A stretch of DNA of 64,000 nucleotides, taken from NCBI GenBank assembly GCA_963814585.1, contig CAWFDF010000009.1:32001-96000 (forward strand), in the 5' to 3' direction. The notes below the pieces were generated by a model. That model had not been told where the DNA came from, did not search any database, and was given only the letters and a program-made list of their open reading frames with translations. Of this stretch, positions 21,005 to 32,647 are shown in pieces; the stretch's first letter is position 1, and every line of letters starts with the position of its first letter. This stretch comes from an uncultured delta proteobacterium. Its GTDB lineage: Bacteria > Myxococcota > Myxococcia > Myxococcales > Anaeromyxobacteraceae. Position numbers and translations under genes: made by a program.

Positions 21005-22101
21005 CACGCCGCACCCCGGGCGCCCTGGAGCAGCTCGGCGAAGGCCTCGAGGCGGGTCACCGCCTGCCCGGAGAGCTGGCCCTCCAGCTCGCCCTCCAGC
21101 ACCAGCACCGGCAGGCCGCGCGCCGCGAAGGTCTCCTTGATGGCCGGCACGTCGAACAGCTCCGGCTCGCAGAACTTGAGCACGTGGACCAGCACGCCCC
21201 GGGCGCCGCTCCGCTCGGCCAGCCCGGCGAGGTGGGCCATGCGGACCGCAGTGTCGGCCCCGCGGGTGGGACAGGGGGGGGCGGCGAAGTAGCGGTCGAC
21301 CAGCGTCCGCCAGGGATCGGGGCCCGGCGGCGGCGGCGCGCGGACCACCCGCCGCCCCACCGCCGCGTAGTCGTCGGCCGCCACGAAGGCGCCGGCGCCG
21401 TTGAGGGTCGCGAGGAGCGCGGCCGGCTCGGGCACGTAGCCGGTCACCAGCACCGGCACCCCGGGCTGCACCGGCCGGTCGGCCAGCGTGGCGAGCGCGG
21501 CCTCCAGCTCGGCGAGGTGATCGGCCGGCCAGCGCCACTCGCCGCGCCGGAGCAGGGCGTAGAGCCGGGTGTCGTCGAGCGGCAGCCGCGCCCGGCCGTC
21601 GAGCAGCGCCGCCCGGGCCGCGTCCACCTGGCCGTGGAGCGCCAGCGCCGCCGCCAGCCGCTCGTCGGTCAGCCGCCGGCCGGTGAACCGCTCGAGCGTG
21701 CCGGCCAGGCGGCGCAGCTCGGCCTCGACGAAGCGCCGCGCGCTGGGCCGGTCGGCGCCGCGCGGGTGGAGGAAGGTGAAGGCCGGCTTCTGCCACCCGC
21801 CCAGGTCCGTCGCCAGCGTGGCCAGCTGCTGGATCGAGTCGCAGGTGTGCGGGAAGAGGACGCCGTCCACGGCGTCGGCCTGGCCACCGGCCAGGAAGGC
21901 CAGGGCGTTGCGGACCACGCTGCACACGTAGCTCTGGACCCGGCCGGCCTGGTCGCCGCGCGGCGGGCCGGGCGGCCCCCACAGCTCCACCGCCAGCACC
22001 TCGAGCGCGGTGAGCAGCTCCCTGGGGTAGTGGATGGGCAGGACCCCCACCGCCTTCCGGCCGTGGCGCTCGCGCTGGATCCTGATCTCCTCGGTGCGCA
22101 C
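21004..22101 (-). CDS. 2-hydroxyacyl-CoA dehydratase/benzoyl-CoA reductase family subunit (HgdB/BcrC-like)
   Basis: YPRELL, QSYVCSVVR, FPHTCDS, LKFCEPE, TRLEAFAE; start approximate. Confidence 0.85.
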   Translation of the reverse strand: MRTEEIRIQRERHGRKAVGVLPIHYPRELLTALEVLAVELWGPPGPPRGDQAGRVQSYVCSVVRNALAFLAGGQADAVDGVLFPHTCDSIQQLATLATDLGGWQKPAFTFLHPRGADRPSARRFVEAELRRLAGTLERFTGRRLTDERLAAALALHGQVDAARAALLDGRARLPLDDTRLYALLRRGEWRWPADHLAELEAALATLADRPVQPGVPVLVTGYVPEPAALLATLNGAGAFVAADDYAAVGRRVVRAPPPPGPDPWRTLVDRYFAAPPCPTRGADTAVRMAHLAGLAERSGARGVLVHVLKFCEPELFDVPAIKETFAARGLPVLVLEGELEGQLSGQAVTRLEAFAELLQGARGAA

Positions 22102-22285
22102 GGAGGAGCAGCAGACCACACCTGGGCGGCCGCCGGGTGATCTTCGGGGACCCCGGCGGGCCGGTCGGCGCCGCGGTGATGGCGGTCCTCCGCGGCCTCG
22201 ACGCGGGGGCCCCCTCCACGCGGGTTGGAAGTATGCTTCCATCCCTCGCCGGGCGTCGCGGCACCCCGGAGCACGGAGAGCAACC

Positions 22286-24806
<2,521 letters not shown>

Positions 24807-24848
24807 GCCCGGCTGGAGGGGCCTGCCGTGAAGGGGCCCGCCGGACAT

Positions 24849-24885
24849 GAGAAGAGGCCCTGGTGTGGGGCCTCTTCTCTTCGAT
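24849..24885. terminator. Intrinsic terminator hairpin after fadH, probably bidirectional
   Basis: GAGAAGAGGCCC-TGGTGTG-GGGCCTCTTCTC, perfect 12-bp stem. Confidence 0.8.
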
Positions 24886-24990
24886 CTTGGTCGCCCAGTC
24901 TCGGGCGCGGATCCGGCTCTCGCCGGTGGAGACTACGCAGATGTGAACGACTGCGTCGGTTCGGCTATCTGACGCCTCCTGGTTGGTGCC
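24849..24990 (-). ncRNA. Candidate small RNA (four consecutive hairpins)
   Basis: Lower-GC intergenic DNA, CATAGT -10-like box at 24994-24999, three stem-loops, then the terminator. Confidence 0.4.
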
Positions 24991-25198
24991 AGCACTATGA
25001 AAACGCTACGCCCTTCGATCCGGCTTGTGAAGTCACCAACCTCCACGACGCGACACTTCTGCGCATGATCCGGAAATCACTTGGAAAACCACCGTGGCCC
25101 GGGTGTGACCCGCCCCGGCGGGCGAGGTCGGTGGGCCGCTGCCGGGCGTGGCGGGGACGCGGTAGACTGTTGACTCCTCGTCCGATGGGAGGCACGTC

Positions 25199-25885
25199 AT
25201 GGCGGCTCCGCTGGCTGGCGTTCGCGCCGTCGTCTTCGACGCCTACGGCACGCTCTTCGACGTGGCCAGCGCCGCGGAGCGCACCCGCGACCTGCTCGGC
25301 GATCGGGCCGGGCCGCTGGCCGAGCTCTGGCGCCAGAAGCAGCTCCAGTACACCTGGCTGCGCGCCCTCATGGGGCGGCACGCCGACTTCTGGCAGGTGA
25401 CCGGCGACTCGCTCGACTACGCGCTCGACGCGCTGCGGATCGGCGCCCCCGACCTGCGCCGCCGGCTCATGGAGGCCTACGAGCGGATCGGCCCGTGCGC
25501 CGACGCCCACGACGCCCTCTCGCGGCTCAAGGCCGGCGGCCTCAGGGTGGCCGTGCTCTCCAACGGCGCGCCTCGCATGCTGGCGGCGGCGGTCCGCAGC
25601 GCCGGCCTCGACGAGCTCGTCGACCAGACGCTCTCGGTCGAGGCGGTCGGGATCTACAAGCCGCACCCCTCGGTCTACAAGCTGGCGGTCGACCGGCTGG
25701 GCGTCTGGCCGGCCGAGCTGGGCTTCGTCTCGGCCAACGGCTGGGATGCCTGGGGGGCCAAGGCGGCCGGGCTGAGGGTCGCCTGGTGCAACCGGGCCGG
25801 CCTGCCACGGGAGCGGCTCGGCGAGCCGCCCGACGTCGAGATCACCACGCTGACCCAGCTGGCGGCCGCCATCGGACTGCCGTGA
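25199..25885 (+). CDS. Haloacid dehalogenase, type II (HAD superfamily)
   Basis: FDAYGTLFD, WRQKQLQYTW, LSNG, YKPHP, SANGWD. Confidence 0.92.
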   Translation: MAAPLAGVRAVVFDAYGTLFDVASAAERTRDLLGDRAGPLAELWRQKQLQYTWLRALMGRHADFWQVTGDSLDYALDALRIGAPDLRRRLMEAYERIGPCADAHDALSRLKAGGLRVAVLSNGAPRMLAAAVRSAGLDELVDQTLSVEAVGIYKPHPSVYKLAVDRLGVWPAELGFVSANGWDAWGAKAAGLRVAWCNRAGLPRERLGEPPDVEITTLTQLAAAIGLP

Positions 25886-26274
25886 CCCCCGCCGCCATCG
25901 CCCGCCACCGCCAGCTGCTGCTCTCGCTGCGGGCCCAGCTGCTCTCGTCGGGACCGGCCCGCATCGAGCCCAACCGCGCCGACCCCGCCACCACCGGCGT
26001 CGCCGACGAGGACGCGCAGGCGCTCTCCGAGATGCTGCAGGTGCTCGCCTCCAAGCGGAACGAGGGGCAGGCCGCGCAGCTGGCCCGCCTCGACGGCGCG
26101 CTGCGCCGGCTGGCCGAGCACGGGGAGGACTTCGGCCTCTGCGAGGAGTGCGAGGAGGAGATCCCGGCCCGGCGGATCCAGCTCATGCCATGGGCCACCC
26201 GCTGCGCCGGGTGCCAGGGGCGCCACGAGCCGAAGCTGGGCGCGCCGCGCCGGAAGCTGACCGACTACCGCTGA
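25882..26274 (+). CDS. TraR/DksA-family zinc-finger protein
   Basis: FGLCEECEEEIPARRI...PWATRCAGCQ; GTGA overlap with the HAD stop. Confidence 0.85.
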   Translation: MTPAAIARHRQLLLSLRAQLLSSGPARIEPNRADPATTGVADEDAQALSEMLQVLASKRNEGQAAQLARLDGALRRLAEHGEDFGLCEECEEEIPARRIQLMPWATRCAGCQGRHEPKLGAPRRKLTDYR

Positions 26275-26355
26275 CCGCGGCTCGCCTCGGCGTCCCGGCC
26301 ATGTCATCCTGGGCCGGTACCCGCGCGCCCCGCGCCCGTCACCCGGAGGTCCCAC

Positions 26356-26937
26356 GTGATCGGCTTCCTCGTCGTCTTCGCCCTGCTCGTCGCCGTGGTG
26401 ATCCTCGCGGTCGGCCTCTACAACGGCCTGGTCCGGCTCCGGAACGCCTGCAAGAACGCCTTCAGCCAGATCGACGTCCAGCTCAAGCGGCGCCACGACC
26501 TGATCCCCAACCTGGTGGAGACCGCCAAGGCCTACCTGAAGCACGAGCGGGAGACGCTGGAGGCGGTGGTGCGCGCCCGCAACGCCGCGGTGACGGCCAC
26601 CGCGGCGGCGGCCGCGTCGCCCGGCGATCCGGCCGCCATGCGCGGGCTGGCCGGCGCCGAGGGCGCGCTGGGCGCCTCGCTCTCCCGCCTGCTGGCGGTG
26701 GCGGAGGCCTACCCGGCCCTCAAGGCCGACGTCACCATGACCCGGCTCATGGAGGAGCTGGCCTCCACCGAGAACCGGATCGCCTTCTCCCGCCAGGCCT
26801 TCAACGACGCGGTCATGGCCTACAACACCGCCCGCGAGACCTTCCCGGGCATGCTGCTGGCCGGCTCCTTCGCCGCCGCCGCGCCGTTCGAGATCACCGC
26901 CGCCGCCGAGCGCGAGGCCGTCAAGGTCGCCTTCTAG
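26356..26937 (+). CDS. lemA: LemA family protein
   Basis: N-terminal TM helix, YNGLV, IDVQLKRRHDLIPNLVET, AEAYPALKA, ENRIAFSRQAFN. Confidence 0.95.
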   Translation: MIGFLVVFALLVAVVILAVGLYNGLVRLRNACKNAFSQIDVQLKRRHDLIPNLVETAKAYLKHERETLEAVVRARNAAVTATAAAAASPGDPAAMRGLAGAEGALGASLSRLLAVAEAYPALKADVTMTRLMEELASTENRIAFSRQAFNDAVMAYNTARETFPGMLLAGSFAAAAPFEITAAAEREAVKVAF

Positions 26938-26955
26938 AGGTCCGAGCCGCCCCGC

Positions 26956-28863
26956 ATGGCCGTCGCCCGGGCCACCATCGACTTCTTCGAGGCGCAGCGC
27001 AGCGCCCGCCGGCGCACCGCGCTGCTGCTCCTCTACTACCTGCTGGCGCTGCCTGGCGTGGCGGCCTTCGTCTACGTCGCGCTCTGGCTGGGCCTGGCCA
27101 CCACCGACGTCGGGGTCGAGGGCCAGGCCTTCTGGTGGCCCGAGCTCTTCGCCGGCTCGCTGCTGCTCACCGCCGCCGTGGTCGGGACCGGCACGCTCTA
27201 CCACATCTGGTCGCTGTCCCGCGGCGGCGGGGAGGGCGTGGCCCGATCGCTGGGCGGCGAGCCGGTCGCCCTGCAGCCGGTGGCGGAGGAGGAGCAGCGG
27301 CTGCGCAACGTGGTGGAGGAGATGGCGATCGCCTCGGGCCTGCCGGTGCCGACCCTGTACCTGCTGCGCGGCGAGCCTGGCATCAACGCCTTCGCCGCCG
27401 GCTTCGCCCCGGACCGGGCGGTGGTGGCGGTCACCCAGGGCTGCCTCGACCAGCTCTCCCGCGACGAGCTGCAGGGGGTGGTCGGCCACGAGCTCTCCCA
27501 CGTGCAGAACGGCGACATGCGGCTCAACCTGCGGCTGCTGGCGCTGGCCGGCGGGCTCTCGGCGCTGGCCCTGGTGGGCCGGGTGCTGATGCAGGCCGGC
27601 TCCTCCAGCTCGAGGCGCCAGCGCAAGGGCGGCGGTGGGCAGCTGGCCCTGGTCGGCCTGGTGGTGATGCTGGCGGGGCTGGCCGGCGCCTTCTTCGCCC
27701 GGCTCATCCGCGCCGCGGTGGCCCGCCAGCGCGAGTACCTGGCCGACGCCGCCTCGGCCCAGTTCACCCGCAACCCGGCATCGCTGGCCGCCGCGCTCGG
27801 CAAGATCGCCTCGGTCGGCTCGACCCTCGCCAGCCCCATGGCCCCGGAGGCCAGCCACCTGCTCTTCGCCGACGGGCGGGCCAGGCACTGGCTGTCCGAC
27901 CACCCGCCGGCGGAGTCGCGCATCCGGCGCCTGCTGGCGCTGGGGGAGACCACGCCGCTGCCGTCGTTCGTCCGGGGCCCGCCGCGCCTCGCCGCGCCGG
28001 AGGCCGTCACCGGCTCCGCCGCACCGCCGCCGCTGCTGGCCGCGCTGGCCGGGGCCGCGCCTGGCGCCAGCGCGCCGCCACGCCCGGCCACGCCGGCCCT
28101 GGCCGCCGCGGCCTCGCTCCTCGAGGCGCTCCCGCCGCAGATCACCGCCGCCTCCCGCGAGCCCTTCGGCGCCCGCGCCCTCTGCTGCGCCGTGCTCCTC
28201 GACGCCCGCCCCGAGGTCCGGGCCCGGCAGCTCGAGCTGCTCGGCCAGGGACCGGAGGCCTCCGAGGTGCTCCGGCTGGCGCCGCACCTCGCGGCGGTGG
28301 AGCGCGGCCAGCGGCTGGCGCTGCTCGACCTGGCCCTGCCGGCGCTGGGCGCCCTCTCCGCGCCGCAGCGCGAGCGGCTGCAGGCCGACCTGCGCCGCCT
28401 CGCCGGGGCCGACGGACGGCTCTCGATCACGGAGTGGGTCTACCTGCGCGTGGTGGCCCGGCGCCTCGACCGCCTCGGCACCGCCGGCCGGCCGGCCCGG
28501 CCGCGCGCCTTCACGGTGGAGCAGGTGGCGGTGGAGTGCCGCGAGCTGCTCGGGCTGCTGGCCCGGGTGGGCGCCCCCGACGAGGCCGCGGCCCAGGCCT
28601 CGCTCGACACCGGCGTCGCCGCCCTGGGCCTCAAGGGGAGCTGGCGGCTCCCGGCCGCCAGCGAGCTCAGGTCCGACCGGCTCGACGGGGTTCTGGGGGT
28701 GCTGGAGGCGACGCCGTTCGAGCTGCGCTCCCGGGTGCTGCGCGCCTGCGAGGCCTGCGCCGGCGCCGATGGACGCATGACGGCCGGTGAAGTCGAGGTG
28801 CTGCGCGCCGTGGCCGACACGCTGGCCATCGTCCGCCCGCCGCCGCTGCCGCCCACGGCCTGA
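26956..28863 (+). CDS. M48 (HtpX-like) zinc metallopeptidase with long C-terminal extension
   Basis: NVVEEMAIASG, INAFAAG, HELSH, REYLADA, HPP. Confidence 0.9.
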   Translation: MAVARATIDFFEAQRSARRRTALLLLYYLLALPGVAAFVYVALWLGLATTDVGVEGQAFWWPELFAGSLLLTAAVVGTGTLYHIWSLSRGGGEGVARSLGGEPVALQPVAEEEQRLRNVVEEMAIASGLPVPTLYLLRGEPGINAFAAGFAPDRAVVAVTQGCLDQLSRDELQGVVGHELSHVQNGDMRLNLRLLALAGGLSALALVGRVLMQAGSSSSRRQRKGGGGQLALVGLVVMLAGLAGAFFARLIRAAVARQREYLADAASAQFTRNPASLAAALGKIASVGSTLASPMAPEASHLLFADGRARHWLSDHPPAESRIRRLLALGETTPLPSFVRGPPRLAAPEAVTGSAAPPPLLAALAGAAPGASAPPRPATPALAAAASLLEALPPQITAASREPFGARALCCAVLLDARPEVRARQLELLGQGPEASEVLRLAPHLAAVERGQRLALLDLALPALGALSAPQRERLQADLRRLAGADGRLSITEWVYLRVVARRLDRLGTAGRPARPRAFTVEQVAVECRELLGLLARVGAPDEAAAQASLDTGVAALGLKGSWRLPAASELRSDRLDGVLGVLEATPFELRSRVLRACEACAGADGRMTAGEVEVLRAVADTLAIVRPPPLPPTA

Positions 28864-28901
28864 CCGCTCGTCCGCGGCCCTTCACGGTCGCGGCCGATCG
28901 T

Positions 28902-29261
28902 GGTCGCGGCCCTTCGCGCCGGGGCCCGGTCGCCCCCGCCGGCTCGTCGCGCCTGCGGCGCGCCGTCTCGCCAGAGGCCATTCCGCCTGGGCGGACGGAG
29001 CAGGGGCTGCGACGCTCGCCTGCGGGGTGACCGCGCCCCGTCGCCTCCGTGCCGCTCTCGCACTGCGGGTAACTGCGCTCCGTGGCGGCAGCGAGACCGG
29101 CGGGCGGCCCTGACGAGAGGCTCCCGGGAGCGGTGGGGCCCTGCCGGCCGGGAGCGAGCCGCGCAGCCCCGGCCGCGCTCGCCGGATCGGACCGGCAGCT
29201 GGCGAGCGGGCGCGCCGCAGGCGGGACGAGCTCCCCGGCCCGGCGGGGCTCCGCCGCGACC
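28902..29261. repeat. Long imperfect foldback (REPIN/MITE-like) between convergent genes
   Basis: 28942-28974 pairs with 29199-29231 (30/33); 29003-29019 pairs with 29154-29170. Confidence 0.6.
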
Positions 29262-29309
29262 AGGGGAGCCGATGCTGAGCAGTGAACGGCTCCCGGGAGC
29301 CGACGAGGC

Positions 29310-30944
29310 TCAGCGCCCCTGCAGGTGGCGAATGCCGGGCGCCTCGCGGCCGGTGCGGGCCACGTACTCGGTGTAGCCGCCGCCGTAGGGGACCGGTCCC
29401 TCCGGCGTCAGCTCCAGCACGCGGTTGGAGAGCGCTCCGAGGAAGCGCCGGTCGTGGGAGACGAAGATCATGGTCCCGTCGTAGCCGGCCAGCGCCCGGA
29501 CCAGCATCTCCTTGGTGCCGACGTCGAGGTGGTTGGTCGGCTCGTCGAGCACCAGGAAGTTGGGCGGGTCGTAGAGCATCAGCGCCAGCACCAGGCGGGC
29601 CTTCTCGCCGCCGGAGAGGACCCGGCAGCGCTTCTCGATCTCGTCCCCGGAGAAGCCGAAGCAGCCCGCCAGCGTCCGCAGCGAGCCGACGCTGGACTTG
29701 GGGAAGGCCCGCTCCAGCGTCTGCCAGACGGTGAGCTCGCCGTCGAGCAGCTCCATGGCGTGCTGGGCGAAGTAGCCCATCTTGACGCTGTTGCCGACCA
29801 CCACGGTGCCGGCGTCGGGCTGGGTCTCGCCGGCGATCATCTTCAGCAGCGTCGACTTGCCGGCGCCGTTGGCGCCCATGATGGCCCAGCGCTCGCCGCG
29901 CCGGACCAGGAAGTCGAGCCCGTCGTAGATGGTCCGCGTGCCGTAGCCCTTCTTCACGCCGGCGCACCGCGCCACGTCCTCGCCGCTGCGCGGCGCGCCG
30001 CGGAACTCGAAGTCGACGGTCTTGCGGACCTTGGGCGGCTCGACCTTCTCGATCTTGTCGAGCTTCTTCACCCGGCTCTGCACCTGGGCGGCGTGGCTGG
30101 CGCGGGCCTTGAAGCGCTCGATGAAGGCCAGCTCCTTCTTCAGCATGGCCTGCTGCCGGTCGAACTGGGCCTGCTGGTGCTGGTCGGCGATCTCCCGCTC
30201 GTGCTCGTAGAAGTCGTAGTCGCCGGCGTAGCTGGTCAGCTCGCCGCCGTCGATCTCGATGATCTTCCGCACCACCCGGTTCATGAACTCCTTGTCGTGG
30301 GAGGTCATGAGGATGGCGCCCTCGTAGGAGCGGAGGAACTCCTCCAGCCAGATGATCGACTCGAGGTCGAGGTGGTTGGAGGGCTCGTCCAGCAGCATGG
30401 CGTCCGGGCGCATCAGCAGGATGCGCGCCAGGGCCACCCGCATCTTCCACCCGCCCGACAGCGCGCCGACGTCGCCGTCCATCATCTCGGCGCTGAAGCC
30501 CAGCCCGTCCAGGATCTCCCGGGCCCGCGACTCCAGCGCGTAGCCACCCAGCTCGTCGAAGCGGCCCTGCACGTGGCCGAAGCGCTCCACCAGCTCGTCC
30601 ATCTCGCCGGCGCGCGCGGGATCGGCCAGGGCGTGCTCCAGGTCGTGGAGCTCGGCCGCCACCGCCGAGACCGGCCCGGCGCCGTCCATGGTCTCGGCCA
30701 CCGCCGAGCGGCCGCTCATCTCGCCGACGTCCTGGGAGAAGTGGCCGACGGTGATGCCGCGGTCGATGGAGACCTGCCCCTCGTCCGGCTCCTCCTGGCG
30801 CATCACCAGCCGGAAGAGCGTCGACTTGCCGGCGCCGTTGGGTCCGACCAGGCCGACCTTCTCGCCCCGGTGGACCACCGCCGAGGCCTCCAGGAAGAGG
30901 ACCTGCTGGCCGTGCTGCATGGAGATGGCGTCGAAGCGGATCAA
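29310..30944 (-). CDS. ABC-F family ATP-binding protein
   Basis: Two ABC domains (GPNGAGKST, LSGGWKMR, LLDEPSNHLD; GANGAGKST, LSGGEKAR, DEPTNHLD), no TM segments; start approximate. Confidence 0.93.
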   Translation of the reverse strand: MIRFDAISMQHGQQVLFLEASAVVHRGEKVGLVGPNGAGKSTLFRLVMRQEEPDEGQVSIDRGITVGHFSQDVGEMSGRSAVAETMDGAGPVSAVAAELHDLEHALADPARAGEMDELVERFGHVQGRFDELGGYALESRAREILDGLGFSAEMMDGDVGALSGGWKMRVALARILLMRPDAMLLDEPSNHLDLESIIWLEEFLRSYEGAILMTSHDKEFMNRVVRKIIEIDGGELTSYAGDYDFYEHEREIADQHQQAQFDRQQAMLKKELAFIERFKARASHAAQVQSRVKKLDKIEKVEPPKVRKTVDFEFRGAPRSGEDVARCAGVKKGYGTRTIYDGLDFLVRRGERWAIMGANGAGKSTLLKMIAGETQPDAGTVVVGNSVKMGYFAQHAMELLDGELTVWQTLERAFPKSSVGSLRTLAGCFGFSGDEIEKRCRVLSGGEKARLVLALMLYDPPNFLVLDEPTNHLDVGTKEMLVRALAGYDGTMIFVSHDRRFLGALSNRVLELTPEGPVPYGGGYTEYVARTGREAPGIRHLQGR

Positions 30945-31025
30945 GGGGGCGCGATCTCGCACGCCCGGCGCCGCCGGGTCAAGCCGGACGCCGGACGGCC
31001 CGCCGCCGCTGGGGCGGCCCCGGGG

Positions 31026-31778
31026 CTACGGCTCCTGCAGGGCCGGAAGCGTCCAGGTCCGCTGGTACCTCCGGTACTCCACCCAGGGCAGCACCACCGC
31101 CACCGGCTTCACCGAGGCGTCGAGCCACTCGACCAGGGTGTCGACCGCGTCGCGGGTGGTGGCCACGCCGCCGCTGGTCGGCGTGCCGATCCCCTTCCAG
31201 GCGTGGACGAAGGTGCAGGACCCGCGCCCGGGCACGGTGGGCGCCGGGTTCTGGTCGAGCACCAGCGCCACCTCGTAGCTGTCGTCGACGCCGAGCAGCG
31301 GCTCGTCGGTGTCCCAGCGCATCGGGACCCGGGCCAGATCGACCACCGTGTTGTAGTGCGGGCTGGACTTGTCGGTGACGCAGACCAGCCCGGGCCGGGC
31401 CACGGTCCAGGCCAGGTCCACCTGGCGGGCCCTGGCGCCGAACGCCGAGGTGATGCGGAAGACGCCGGCCGGGGTGGCGCCGTCCCCCTGGTACTTCTCC
31501 GCCCCGTCCAGCCCCTCGGGGTGGAGGCCACGCCCCCACGCCATCCCGGAGCGCCCCACCACCCCTCGCTTGGCCAGCCCCACCGGCAGCCAGGCGGCCC
31601 CGGGAGCGGCCCGCTCGAAGCGCAGCAGGGTGGCCGCCGTCGCCTCCCAGCCCTTCGACACGATCACCAGGAGCTGCAGCGAGTCCGCGGGCACGGCCGG
31701 GGCCGGCTCGGCCGCGGCGGCCAGCCAGGGGAGGATCGCCGCCGAGAGGGCGGTGCCGAGCAGCCGGCGCCAGGACAT
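31026..31778 (-). CDS. L,D-transpeptidase (YkuD-like) family protein; catalytic Cys appears replaced
   Basis: Signal peptide, GRSGMAWGRG, GDGATPAGVF, GSCTFVHAW...PTSGGVA. Confidence 0.78.
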   Translation of the reverse strand: MSWRRLLGTALSAAILPWLAAAAEPAPAVPADSLQLLVIVSKGWEATAATLLRFERAAPGAAWLPVGLAKRGVVGRSGMAWGRGLHPEGLDGAEKYQGDGATPAGVFRITSAFGARARQVDLAWTVARPGLVCVTDKSSPHYNTVVDLARVPMRWDTDEPLLGVDDSYEVALVLDQNPAPTVPGRGSCTFVHAWKGIGTPTSGGVATTRDAVDTLVEWLDASVKPVAVVLPWVEYRRYQRTWTLPALQEP

Positions 31779-31796
31779 GCCTGGGAAGGTAGCCGA

Positions 31797-32528
31797 TCAG
31801 CGGCGGCGATCAACCTTCCGGACCGGCCCGCCCCGTCGCGCGCCAGGCCCGCGCCGGGCCGGATCGCCCTTCACGGCGATGAAGAGGACGTGCTTCAGCC
31901 CGCCCGCCGCGCCGCGCGCCGGCACCACCCGCGCCGTCGCCTCGAAGCCGGCGCGCTGGAGTCGTCGCAGGTAGGCCTCGTCGTGGTGGGCGCTCCAGAC
32001 CGCCAGCACCCCGCCCTCGGCCAGCGCCGCCCGGCAGGCGGCCAGGCCGCCGTGCCCGTAGATGCGGTGGTTGGCCTCGTGGACCATCGAGCCCGGGCCG
32101 TTGTCGACGTCGAGCAGGATGGCGTCGTAGGCGCCGCGGGCCTCGGCGATGCGGTCCATCACGTCGCCGACGTGGAGCTTGCAGCGCGGGTCGTCGAGCG
32201 GCCGGCCGGCCAGCTTGCCCACCAGCCGCCGGTTCCAGTCGACCAGGGCCGGCGTCAGCTCGGCGACCACCACCCTGGCGTCGGTGGGGATCCGCTCGAG
32301 CGCGGCGCGCGCCGTGAAGCCGAGTCCCAGGCCGCCCACCAGGACGGCGCGGCGGTGGCGCGCCTTCTTCAGCGCCAGCTCCGCCAGGGCGTCCTCCGAG
32401 CCGTGCTGCCGGCTCGACATCAGCACCTTGCCGCCGTAGCGGACCACCCACTCGCCGTCGCGGCTGGCCAGCACCATCTCGGTGCCGTCCGGCGCCAGCG
32501 CCTTCTCGACCGTCGCCCAGGGCTTCAC
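31797..32528 (-). CDS. Spermidine synthase-like SAM-dependent methyltransferase
   Basis: LMSSRQHGSE, VLVGGLGLGFT, LLDVDNGP. Confidence 0.85.
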   Translation of the reverse strand: MKPWATVEKALAPDGTEMVLASRDGEWVVRYGGKVLMSSRQHGSEDALAELALKKARHRRAVLVGGLGLGFTARAALERIPTDARVVVAELTPALVDWNRRLVGKLAGRPLDDPRCKLHVGDVMDRIAEARGAYDAILLDVDNGPGSMVHEANHRIYGHGGLAACRAALAEGGVLAVWSAHHDEAYLRRLQRAGFEATARVVPARGAAGGLKHVLFIAVKGDPARRGPGARRGGPVRKVDRRR

Positions 32529-32647
32529 GACCGAGGGTCTACCGCAGGCTGGCGACGGCCGCCATGCTCCGGCGCCGCCGGCCTGCTCGAGCTGGAGAGG
32601 GCCGCCGCCCGGCGCTCGCCCGCAGGCGCCCGCGCCCAGCAGGCGAT

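Noticed and set aside
24930..24985. tmRNA tag or Pxr sRNA
   Set aside because: The short frame lacks an ALAA-type ending, there are no tRNA-like ends, the region is too short, and I see no resemblance to Pxr.
29110..29150. CTGACGAG resembling a hammerhead ribozyme core
   Set aside because: No downstream GAAA and no stem II/III arrangement.
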